NCBI GenBank assembly: GCA_964016885.1
Contig: OZ024740.1
Coordinates: 423,398,001 to 423,462,000, forward strand
Length of the DNA stretch: 64,000 bases
Origin: Eledone cirrhosa
Taxonomy: Eukaryota
Reading direction: 5' to 3'
Shown: positions 1 to 8,419 of the stretch, piece by piece
Layout of the letters: each line of letters starts with the position of its first letter
Position numbering within the stretch: the first letter of the stretch is position 1
The notes under the pieces: generated by a model
What the model saw: the letters and a program-made list of their open reading frames with translations, nothing else
Database searches by the model: none
What the model was told of the DNA's origin: nothing
Translations under genes and position numbers: made by a program

Positions 1-2550
1 CATGCCCAGCCCTCCACGAAGAGGGTGCTGGCAGCAGATGGACCGCCTCACCAACGGGACCCGTCCCCTCCACAAAAATTTGAAAAGGAGCCGTTCCAAA
101 TTGGCGAGGCGTGGACGGGGGCAAGGCACGACGGCCAGGCGGTAGTAGATGACGGACGCGATGTACGCGTTCGCCACCTCCGCCCGCCCTTTCAGTGATA
201 GCTTTCTCTCAGCCCATTTCTGGGTGAGGTTGGCTATCCTGCTCGTCACCTCGTCCCAATTCTTATCCACCTGGAGGTCTGGTCCGAACCAAACCCCGAG
301 CAACTTTACCGGTCCGTCTGTCCAGCGCCCAACGACGCTGTTGGACGGCATGGACTTGCCTCTCCAGGTGCCGAGCTGCAAGCCCACCGACTTTTCCGGG
401 TTAAGTTTTGCTCCCGTCAACCTTTCATATTCCTCCAAATGGGTGCGGATCACCTCGATTTCCGAGGTGTCCGACACCATCACGGTGATGTCGTCCGCAT
501 AAGCGGACGCAGCCTTTCTGCGTCCCGGTTCGAGCGGGATGCCCTGCAACAACTCCAGCTTCCGCAGTAGAGGCTCAAGAGTCAATACGTACAGAAGTGA
601 GGAGAGAGGGCACCCTTGACGGACCGATCGAGAGATCTGAAACGGTTCCGAGAGGTGGCCATTAACTTTGACCACCGAGCGGATGCCGCTGTACATTGCA
701 GCGATCCAGCTTCTGAAGACGGGGCCGAAGCCAGCCGCCTCGAGGACAGCCTCCAAGTACCGATGGTCGACCCTATCGAATGCTTTCGATTGATCTAAAT
801 TGATCAGAGCCCCACCGAAGCCAGGTTTGCACCCAACCCTCTCTATGATGTATCGCATGAGGTGGAGGTTGTCGTGTATGGACCTGGTCGGGATTGCGCA
901 AGTTTGCGCCTCCCCAACCAAATCTTTGACGACAAGCGCCAACCTTTTCGCTAACACCTTGGCCAAAATCTTAAACTCTGTGTTGAGCAGGGTTATGGGC
1001 CTGAAATTATCTAGTGTGTCCCTCTTGTTCTCGTCTTTCCTTATCAGCGTCACTACGCCACGGCTCACAGAACTGGGAATGCTCCCGTTCTGCTGCCAGT
1101 TGCAGTAGAGCGCTTCGAGGAGATCGGAGAACAAGTCTGGCATATTTACGTAAAGCTCGTAGGGCAGACCATCCAAACCGGGTGACTTGCGACTCGAGCA
1201 GCCGACAAGGGCGTCCTGAATTTCGGCTGATGTTATCGGCTCTTCGCAGCGCTCAGCGTCGGCCGTCGAGAGGCGTGGCAAGCCGTCGAGGTAGGGACTG
1301 AAGTCCGCCGCCGTCTCCGACTCACCCATCCTCCCGAACAATCGAGCAAAGTGCTGGCGAAAGGCCTCACACATCCGCTTGGAATCGCTCAGTTCGTGTC
1401 CATCTCGATCCGTCAAAGACCGAATTGTGGTTTTATTTCCACGCTGCGTCTCTGCAAAGCGAGCCCATCGGGCAGCTTTGGTTCCCTCGTTCCTCAGAGC
1501 ACTCGCCTTAGCTCTGACAATGCAACCTTCGTGTTTCGCATTGAAGAAATGGTCTAGTGCCATTCTCGCCGCTAGCACGTCTGTTGCAATGCCACTACAA
1601 ATAGCCTCGTCTAACTTAGCTATCAGCCCCTCCTCCTTTCTATTTTTCTCTATTGCTACTTCTTTGCTAAATCCTATCGAGGTTGCTCTAATCTCTCTTT
1701 TGAGTGCCCCCCACCACCTGTTGTTGACAACCCCCCCTGTCAACTTTTGCTTAACTAAGTTGTTGACCCGGTCCCTGTAAGCTTTACGTGCCGGAAACGA
1801 CATGTTTAGCTTCCAGTAGCTAGGTCCTAACCTACGTGTCTTATCTAGGTCGACCATACAGATCACAAGCTTGTGATCTGAATAGGCAACCGTTTTAAAA
1901 TGTGGACATCCTACACTATTTCTATCTCTTTTCCTAATGAAAATCCTATCTATGTACGATCTAGATGACCCTATGCGATTGGTCCAGGTCCATACTGGCG
2001 CATTAGGGAAATCTAGTCGGTACCTGTCAGACAGTTGAAACTGGCTGATCAGGTACTTGAGGCTTTTGCACCCCCCGCTCCTATCAGATACTCCCACACA
2101 ATCCCAGCGTGCTTCTAAGATGCCATTCCAATCCCCTATTAACAGTAAAGGGCGAGACGTAAGCAGAAAGTTTTCCAGGCGCCTAAAGAAGTCCGGCCGA
2201 CCGGCCCCAGTAGGGGCGTAGACGGCCACCAGTCTAAAGGCACCACCTTCGCTATTGCTCACGTCCAGGACCACCAACTTTCCGTCAGGATCCCGGAAGA
2301 TTGACCTTACCTCGAGATCCAGACATTTCCTAAACAGCACAGCCACTCCACCTCCCATTCCCGGCCGACTAACAGATGCAAAGATCTGATAATCGTCGAA
2401 AATCGGCGCCAGTGCGCGTGTGTCGGAAATTCTGGTCTCGCTGATGGCAATTACATCCATTCCTAGTGACCTGAGGTCGTTGAGCAAGTGACCTTGCTTC
2501 CAGGGCGACCCCAGGCCACGAACATTTAAACTTCCTACTCTTATGGCCAT
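1..2550 (-). CDS. Tx1-like ORF2 (APE endonuclease + reverse transcriptase), partial, copy 1
   Basis: Same sequence as 5841-8390 apart from two missense changes. ATG at 2550; frame runs off the window. Confidence 0.93.
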   Translation of the reverse strand, partial: MAIRVGSLNVRGLGSPWKQGHLLNDLRSLGMDVIAISETRISDTRALAPIFDDYQIFASVSRPGMGGGVAVLFRKCLDLEVRSIFRDPDGKLVVLDVSNSEGGAFRLVAVYAPTGAGRPDFFRRLENFLLTSRPLLLIGDWNGILEARWDCVGVSDRSGGCKSLKYLISQFQLSDRYRLDFPNAPVWTWTNRIGSSRSYIDRIFIRKRDRNSVGCPHFKTVAYSDHKLVICMVDLDKTRRLGPSYWKLNMSFPARKAYRDRVNNLVKQKLTGGVVNNRWWGALKREIRATSIGFSKEVAIEKNRKEEGLIAKLDEAICSGIATDVLAARMALDHFFNAKHEGCIVRAKASALRNEGTKAARWARFAETQRGNKTTIRSLTDRDGHELSDSKRMCEAFRQHFARLFGRMGESETAADFSPYLDGLPRLSTADAERCEEPITSAEIQDALVGCSSRKSPGLDGLPYELYVNMPDLFSDLLEALYCNWQQNGSIPSSVSRGVVTLIRKDENKRDTLDNFRPITLLNTEFKILAKVLAKRLALVVKDLVGEAQTCAIPTRSIHDNLHLMRYIIERVGCKPGFGGALINLDQSKAFDRVDHRYLEAVLEAAGFGPVFRSWIAAMYSGIRSVVKVNGHLSEPFQISRSVRQGCPLSSLLYVLTLEPLLRKLELLQGIPLEPGRRKAASAYADDITVMVSDTSEIEVIRTHLEEYERLTGAKLNPEKSVGLQLGTWRGKSMPSNSVVGRWTDGPVKLLGVWFGPDLQVDKNWDEVTSRIANLTQKWAERKLSLKGRAEVANAYIASVIYYRLAVVPCPRPRLANLERLLFKFLWRGRVPLVRRSICCQHPLRGGLGM

Positions 2551-2579
2551 GCTGGCAGGATGAATGGGAGAGGAAAGGT

Positions 2580-4490
2580 TTACTTACCTTCCGGGGTCTT
2601 GTGAAGGTCGGGTGGTTCGACCTCCATGGTTTGTGGGGTTTCTTTTGGGAACCCCTTTAATAGTCTTGACGTGGGTTTTACGTTCGGGGTTCCCACATCC
2701 CGAGGAAAGCTCTTTCGAATTTCTTTGTATGAAGCGAGCGACATTCGCATCAGAAGCAAATTATCTGGTACGCGAAATGTGCTCGCTTCAAATGTTTCCC
2801 CGTCTTTTTCGATGTTTGTGCTTCGTGCTACATGGGCCATCAATTCCTTGTTGGCCCTTCTGGCAAGCACGAAGTTTTTAATGTTTTGTTGCTCGGGTTT
2901 TATTTGTTCGTGTGATTGTGGTGGTGATAGCTTTGTTAGTGTTGTTTCTATTGTGTCTGCGTTTGTTGTGGGTGGGGTGTCTGTAGTTTCTGATGTTTGT
3001 GCGTCTATTTGTTCTTGTATCTGTTTAGCTTGTTTGCGTTTGGGGGATTTTGGTGGTTGTGTTGGTGATGCTGTGGGGAAAATGTTTGTGTGGGTGGTGT
3101 GTGTATTTTCTTTTGTGGGGGTGTTTGTGCTTTGTGGATTTCTTTTTTTTTTGTGTTTTGTTTTTTGTATTTTGGGGGACTTTGGTTTTCCCTCATCTTC
3201 ACTGCTGGAGGATGAGGGGTCTGTGGCTGTGAGCGTGTTTGTGTCTGAGTGAGTGTTTATGTTCTTGTTCGTGTGTGTATTTTGGGGGGGAGGGGGAATG
3301 GGAGAGCTTTCCTCGTTTCCCCCCTGGGTGTGCAATTTTGGTGGTTCCATTGTTGACGGTGTTGCTGGTGGTCCTTGTCCCGGCGTCGCCAGCAGTGGAA
3401 TCTTTCGACCCCTTGCGCTTTTCAGCAGTTGAGGGCAGAAGGCTCGCAAGTGTGTCGTTTCCCCACAAAGGAAACAATGCGGCCTTTTGCCCTCAGTCAT
3501 TATATGCAACACCCTCCCGTTTTGGAGGCGGATGTGGTCCGGGATTGTTTTTACGTTTTCGGGTCTGATTTGGAGCAGTATCTCCAGATCAACCCCGGAC
3601 CAGTCGTCCCTGGCAGTTCTCGTTGCCTCTACCGGGACTGTATCCGTTCCTTCCACGATTACGCAACCCAGGAGCCACCACATATCAAGTCCTGGTGGAA
3701 TCCTGGGAATGCGCACACGTGCTATTCGTTTTCCCATGTGGGAGGGGTACATTATGACCTTGCTGGTTTTGCAAGGGGTCATTGAATGCTTCACAGCGAG
3801 GGCTTCAGACTTGAACAGCACCGAAACGGTGCCGTATTGCCTGCCCCTCTCTATGAAGTCTGTGTCCTCTCTGATGTATTTCAGTGCGGCTTCTATGTCA
3901 GCTTGGGCGATTATCGCTGCCCTCTTTGTCTCTACTGAGATGCATCTGAAATGCACCGTTCTTTTTTCCACTGCCTCAATGGCTTCTGCCGGGACAGTTA
4001 AGTTTGCCCAGGTCTGCTCTTGATTTATGATTTTCCAGGCCTGGGCCAACTTTTCCTCTCTGTTGGTTAAGTCGATGCTGTAGCATGGTCTCCTTTTAGC
4101 CGCTGCCACAGCAGCGAAAGTGTTCTTGTTGGTGTTGTCACTGTTGTTGTTCTTGTTGGTGTTGCTGCTGCTATTGCTGTTGTTGTTCTCCCCTGTGTCG
4201 TGGTTACCTTCTGTGCTGTTGGCCTTGTTGGTGCTGCTGCTGTCGCTACTATTACTCTCTGTGCTGTTCGTTTTGTTGGTGCTCTCGCTATTACCACCTT
4301 CTGCGCTGTTCGGCTTGTTGGTGTTGGTGTTGTCGTTGTTACCACCTTCCGCGCCGCTCGGCCCGTTGGTGCTGGCACTGTCGCTGCTCACATTCGTGCT
4401 GGTGGCGCTCCTCGCCTCACCTCTCCTCTCAACGCTCAAGTCGCCGTTGCACGACAGCAGACCCGCCTCTAGGGGGCGTGGCTCCGCCAT
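2580..4490 (-). CDS. Tx1-like ORF1 nucleic-acid-binding protein (636 aa from first ATG), copy 1
   Basis: ATG in AAAAACATGG context at 4490 (the track's TTG start adds 23 aa). CX2CX4HX4C knuckle CFLCGETTHLRAFC, FAAVAAA motif, N/S/T-rich N-terminus, P/K/T-rich C-terminal half. Confidence 0.9.
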   Translation of the reverse strand: MAEPRPLEAGLLSCNGDLSVERRGEARSATSTNVSSDSASTNGPSGAEGGNNDNTNTNKPNSAEGGNSESTNKTNSTESNSSDSSSTNKANSTEGNHDTGENNNSNSSSNTNKNNNSDNTNKNTFAAVAAAKRRPCYSIDLTNREEKLAQAWKIINQEQTWANLTVPAEAIEAVEKRTVHFRCISVETKRAAIIAQADIEAALKYIREDTDFIERGRQYGTVSVLFKSEALAVKHSMTPCKTSKVIMYPSHMGKRIARVRIPRIPPGLDMWWLLGCVIVEGTDTVPVEATRTARDDWSGVDLEILLQIRPENVKTIPDHIRLQNGRVLHIMTEGKRPHCFLCGETTHLRAFCPQLLKSARGRKIPLLATPGQGPPATPSTMEPPKLHTQGGNEESSPIPPPPQNTHTNKNINTHSDTNTLTATDPSSSSSEDEGKPKSPKIQKTKHKKKRNPQSTNTPTKENTHTTHTNIFPTASPTQPPKSPKRKQAKQIQEQIDAQTSETTDTPPTTNADTIETTLTKLSPPQSHEQIKPEQQNIKNFVLARRANKELMAHVARSTNIEKDGETFEASTFRVPDNLLLMRMSLASYKEIRKSFPRDVGTPNVKPTSRLLKGFPKETPQTMEVEPPDLHKTPEGK

Positions 4491-4536
4491 GTTTTTTTTG
4501 AGAAAAAAATTATGATTTTTTTCAAAATAAAGTTCA

Positions 4537-4564
4537 AATATTTGGGCCAAAAGGCCCAAATATT
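4537..4564 (-). promoter_or_regulatory. Perfect 12-bp hairpin in Tx1 5'UTR (also 10377-10404, 16217-16244, 22008-22035)
   Basis: Sense strand AATATTTGGGCC-TTTT-GGCCCAAATATT, ~46 nt upstream of the ORF1 ATG. Function inferred only. Confidence 0.6.
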
Positions 4565-4701
4565 ATGAGTTATTCCTTCACAGGATACAAATTAATGTCT
4601 TATAATGCTTCAGCGGTACAAAAAATAAACAATTCTCTACAATTAATCCTCAAAAAATTGCTTACTCACGGAGCTTCAAAAAACGTACATCCACTTTCGT
4701 C

Positions 4702-4716
4702 AATAATAATAATAAT
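4702..4716. repeat. (AAT)5 junction / putative 15-bp target-site duplication (also 10542-10556, 16382-16396, 22173-22187)
   Basis: Exactly five AAT units after every element 5' end, including the outer flank. Confidence 0.9.
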
Positions 4717-4723
4717 GATTTCA

Positions 4724-4729
4724 TTTATT
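4724..4729 (-). terminator. AATAAA polyadenylation signal at Tx1 3' end (also 10564-10569, 16404-16409)
   Basis: Sense strand ...GGCCCTTGTGGCCAATAAATGAAATC(ATT)5; no poly(A) tail present. Confidence 0.7.
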
Positions 4730-4970
4730 GGCCACAAGGGCCGACATATAGGGGACAACACAATAGACAGGGACAGTGGGGGTTTACATAGAGATCGAGT
4801 AAGTATAAATAACAAAAAAAACAAAATAACAATAAAAATACAACAATGAAAGTTCCCCAATAAGAGGGATCACCACCCAGGGTTGACTCAAGCACCCCAC
4901 CAGTCCTGAGCCACCCGACGCTCCTAGGGCACCCGGGAAGGGCACCCCTCTCCTTCTCGAATTCACCAGC

Positions 4971-7900
4971 CTACAGGCGCATGATCAGAGTAGGCCCACT
5001 CACGCGGGCCATTCTCGCCACATTCACCCACCTTTCAGTAAATGTACTGGGGGGCAGCACTTCTCTCTCCACCCTCACCTTCCTTTCCAAGTGAAACTTG
5101 AAGAAGTTGATGAGGGATTGGCCGAAGAGAAAAGTGTCTGTCTTCAGTCCTTTCAACCTGGTCCACCATGCAACCTCTTTCGCTACTGCCACCAGGCAGA
5201 GGAAAATTGCCTGCCCTTCCTGACCAAAAGAAGGCGGCGGGTCAATCTTCACTATGGACTCGGACGATAGCCGGATCCGTTCTACACGCGACAATAGCTG
5301 TTCGACATAACCCCACAAGTCAGCAATGCACGGACACTGGACGAGTGCGTGCAGAACGGTTTCGTCGCTCTGCGCGCATCTCGGGCAGGTTCGTCTGACA
5401 GCACTTCCGTGCCTGTAGAGTTTATCCCGAACCGGCAGCGCCCCCCGGTAGCACTGCCAAGCGAGGGATTTCTGGAAGTTATCCATCGTCCCCGGCTCGA
5501 AAGTCCTCCGGAACATACTGGTCAGTTCTACTTCGTTGACGCCCAGAGCCTCTCCTAGTACGTCATCGCACTTGCCCTCCACTAATCCTCTATAGAAATC
5601 TTGAGTGGAAGTTCCACTGACCGCATTGCCCACCTTGCAGAGTGCAGTGAGCGCCTGGCAACATTCCAGATGCCAGTCGCCCAGTCTCGGTCTCTTCTTG
5701 ACCCAGGACTGCAGCTCAGTCAAAGAGATGAGCTGCGGAAAGGCCCGTCTAACAAACGGCGACCACACCTGTTCACCGTTTAGGCAAAATATCTGGAGAT
5801 GTCGCAGCCTCAGCGCATGTCTGCGCATCATTAGCCACGGCATGCCCAGCCCTCCACGAAGAGGGTGCTGGCAGCAGATGGACCGCCTCACCAACGGGAC
5901 CCGTCCCCTCCACAAAAATTTGAAAAGGAGCCGTTCCAAATTGGCGAGGCGTGGACGGGGGCAAGGCACGACGGTCAGGCGGTAGTAGATGACGGACGCG
6001 ATGTACGCGTTCGCCACCTCCGCCCGCCCTTTCAGTGATAGCTTTCTCTCAGCCCATTTCTGGGTGAGGTTGGCTATCCTGCTCGTCACCTCGTCCCAAT
6101 TCTTATCCACCTGGAGGTCTGGTCCGAACCAAACCCCGAGCAACTTTACCGGTCCGTCTGTCCAGCGCCCAACGACGCTGTTGGACGGCATGGACTTGCC
6201 TCTCCAGGTGCCGAGCTGCAAGCCCACCGACTTTTCCGGGTTAAGTTTTGCTCCCGTCAACCTTTCATATTCCTCCAAATGGGTGCGGATCACCTCGATT
6301 TCCGAGGTGTCCGACACCATCACGGTGATGTCGTCCGCATAAGCGGACGCAGCCTTTCTGCGTCCCGGTTCGAGCGGGATGCCCTGCAACAACTCCAGCT
6401 TCCGCAGTAGAGGCTCAAGAGTCAATACGTACAGAAGTGAGGAGAGAGGGCACCCTTGACGGACCGATCGAGAGATCTGAAACGGTTCCGAGAGGTGGCC
6501 ATTAACTTTGACCACCGAGCGGATGCCGCTGTACATTGCAGCGATCCAGCTTCTGAAGACGGGGCCGAAGCCAGCCGCCTCGAGGACAGCCTCCAAGTAC
6601 CGATGGTCGACCCTATCGAATGCTTTCGATTGATCTAAATTGATCAGAGCCCCACCGAAGCCAGGTTTGCACCCAACCCTCTCTATGATGTATCGCATGA
6701 GGTGGAGGTTGTCGTGTATGGACCTGGTCGGGATTGCGCAAGTTTGCGCCTCCCCAACCAAATCTTTGACGACAAGCGCCAACCTTTTCGCTAACACCTT
6801 GGCCAAAATCTTAAACTCTGTGTTGAGCAGGGTTATGGGCCTGAAATTATCTAGTGTGTCCCTCTTGTTCTCGTCTTTCCTTATCAGCGTCACTACGCCA
6901 CGGCTCACAGAACTGGGAATGCTCCCGTTCTGCTGCCAGTTGCAGTAGAGCGCTTCGAGGAGATCGGAGAACAAGTCTGGCATATTTACGTAAAGCTCGT
7001 AGGGCAGACCATCCAAACCGGGTGACTTGCGACTCGAGCAGCCGACAAGGGCGTCCTGAATTTCGGCTGATGTTATCGGCTCTTCGCAGCGCTCAGCGTC
7101 GGCCGTCGAGAGGCGTGGCAAGCCGTCGAGGTAGGGACTGAAGTCCGCCGCCGTCTCCGACTCACCCATCCTCCCGAACAATCGAGCAAAGTGCTGGCGA
7201 AAGGCCTCACACATCCGCTTGGAATCGCTCAGTTCGTGTCCATCTCGATCCGTCAAAGACCGAATTGTGGTTTTATTTCCACGCTGCGTCTCTGCAAAGC
7301 GAGCCCATCGGGCAGCTTTGGTTCCCTCGTTCCTCAGAGCACGCGCCTTAGCTCTGACAATGCAACCTTCGTGTTTCGCATTGAAGAAATGGTCTAGTGC
7401 CATTCTCGCCGCTAGCACGTCTGTTGCAATGCCACTACAAATAGCCTCGTCTAACTTAGCTATCAGCCCCTCCTCCTTTCTATTTTTCTCTATTGCTACT
7501 TCTTTGCTAAATCCTATCGAGGTTGCTCTAATCTCTCTTTTGAGTGCCCCCCACCACCTGTTGTTGACAACCCCCCCTGTCAACTTTTGCTTAACTAAGT
7601 TGTTGACCCGGTCCCTGTAAGCTTTACGTGCCGGAAACGACATGTTTAGCTTCCAGTAGCTAGGTCCTAACCTACGTGTCTTATCTAGGTCGACCATACA
7701 GATCACAAGCTTGTGATCTGAATAGGCAACCGTTTTAAAATGTGGACATCCTACACTATTTCTATCTCTTTTCCTAATGAAAATCCTATCTATGTACGAT
7801 CTAGATGACCCTATGCGATTGGTCCAGGTCCATACTGGCGCATTAGGGAAATCTAGTCGGTACCTGTCAGACAGTTGAAACTGGCTGATCAGGTACTTGA

Positions 7901-8390
7901 GGCTTTTGCACCCCCCGCTCCTATCAGATACTCCCACACAATCCCAGCGTGCTTCTAAGATGCCATTCCAATCCCCTATTAACAGTAAAGGGCGAGACGT
8001 AAGCAGAAAGTTTTCCAGGCGCCTAAAGAAGTCCGGCCGACCGGCCCCAGTAGGGGCGTAGACGGCCACCAGTCTAAAGGCACCACCTTCGCTATTGCTC
8101 ACGTCCAGGACCACCAACTTTCCGTCAGGATCCCGGAAGATTGACCTTACCTCGAGATCCAGACATTTCCTAAACAGCACAGCCACTCCACCTCCCATTC
8201 CCGGCCGACTAACAGATGCAAAGATCTGATAATCGTCGAAAATCGGCGCCAGTGCGCGTGTGTCGGAAATTCTGGTCTCGCTGATGGCAATTACATCCAT
8301 TCCTAGTGACCTGAGGTCGTTGAGCAAGTGACCTTGCTTCCAGGGCGACCCCAGGCCACGAACATTTAAACTTCCTACTCTTATGGCCAT
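4971..8390 (-). CDS. Tx1-like ORF2, 1139 aa: APE endonuclease, reverse transcriptase, C-terminal Zn finger (copy 2)
   Basis: APE motifs SLNVRGL, ISET, GDWN, YIDRIF, SDH. RT motifs SPGLDG, FRPITLLN, KAFDRV, QGCPLS, YADD. C-terminal CPRC..ETVLHALVQC. Confidence 0.97.
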   Translation of the reverse strand: MAIRVGSLNVRGLGSPWKQGHLLNDLRSLGMDVIAISETRISDTRALAPIFDDYQIFASVSRPGMGGGVAVLFRKCLDLEVRSIFRDPDGKLVVLDVSNSEGGAFRLVAVYAPTGAGRPDFFRRLENFLLTSRPLLLIGDWNGILEARWDCVGVSDRSGGCKSLKYLISQFQLSDRYRLDFPNAPVWTWTNRIGSSRSYIDRIFIRKRDRNSVGCPHFKTVAYSDHKLVICMVDLDKTRRLGPSYWKLNMSFPARKAYRDRVNNLVKQKLTGGVVNNRWWGALKREIRATSIGFSKEVAIEKNRKEEGLIAKLDEAICSGIATDVLAARMALDHFFNAKHEGCIVRAKARALRNEGTKAARWARFAETQRGNKTTIRSLTDRDGHELSDSKRMCEAFRQHFARLFGRMGESETAADFSPYLDGLPRLSTADAERCEEPITSAEIQDALVGCSSRKSPGLDGLPYELYVNMPDLFSDLLEALYCNWQQNGSIPSSVSRGVVTLIRKDENKRDTLDNFRPITLLNTEFKILAKVLAKRLALVVKDLVGEAQTCAIPTRSIHDNLHLMRYIIERVGCKPGFGGALINLDQSKAFDRVDHRYLEAVLEAAGFGPVFRSWIAAMYSGIRSVVKVNGHLSEPFQISRSVRQGCPLSSLLYVLTLEPLLRKLELLQGIPLEPGRRKAASAYADDITVMVSDTSEIEVIRTHLEEYERLTGAKLNPEKSVGLQLGTWRGKSMPSNSVVGRWTDGPVKLLGVWFGPDLQVDKNWDEVTSRIANLTQKWAERKLSLKGRAEVANAYIASVIYYRLTVVPCPRPRLANLERLLFKFLWRGRVPLVRRSICCQHPLRGGLGMPWLMMRRHALRLRHLQIFCLNGEQVWSPFVRRAFPQLISLTELQSWVKKRPRLGDWHLECCQALTALCKVGNAVSGTSTQDFYRGLVEGKCDDVLGEALGVNEVELTSMFRRTFEPGTMDNFQKSLAWQCYRGALPVRDKLYRHGSAVRRTCPRCAQSDETVLHALVQCPCIADLWGYVEQLLSRVERIRLSSESIVKIDPPPSFGQEGQAIFLCLVAVAKEVAWWTRLKGLKTDTFLFGQSLINFFKFHLERKVRVEREVLPPSTFTERWVNVARMARVSGPTLIMRL

Positions 8391-8419
8391 GCTGGCAGGA
8401 TGAATGGGAGAGGAAAGGT

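Larger units (their letters stand above)
1..4701 (-). mobile_element. Tx1-like element copy 1 (3' part cut by window edge)
   Basis: 5'UTR, ORF1 and the first 850 codons of ORF2. Private substitutions seen at ~135, 1503, 3002 and 3019. Confidence 0.95.

Noticed and set aside
2552-2587. 36-nt mini-intron fusing ORF1 to ORF2
   Set aside because: Splicing GT(2587) to AG(2552) gives G+C+ATG, out of frame with ORF2, and 36 nt is very short for a metazoan intron.
4491-4559. 23-aa N-terminal extension of ORF1 in the ORF track
   Set aside because: Starts at TTG within the UTR hairpin; the first ATG in good context is at 4490.
2564-4849. Plus-strand ORFs antisense to ORF1 or across the junction (e.g. 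208, 178, 131, 94 aa)
   Set aside because: Shadows of biased ORF1 codons with no recognisable motifs; the junction-spanning ORF is frameshifted at the copy 3/4 junction.
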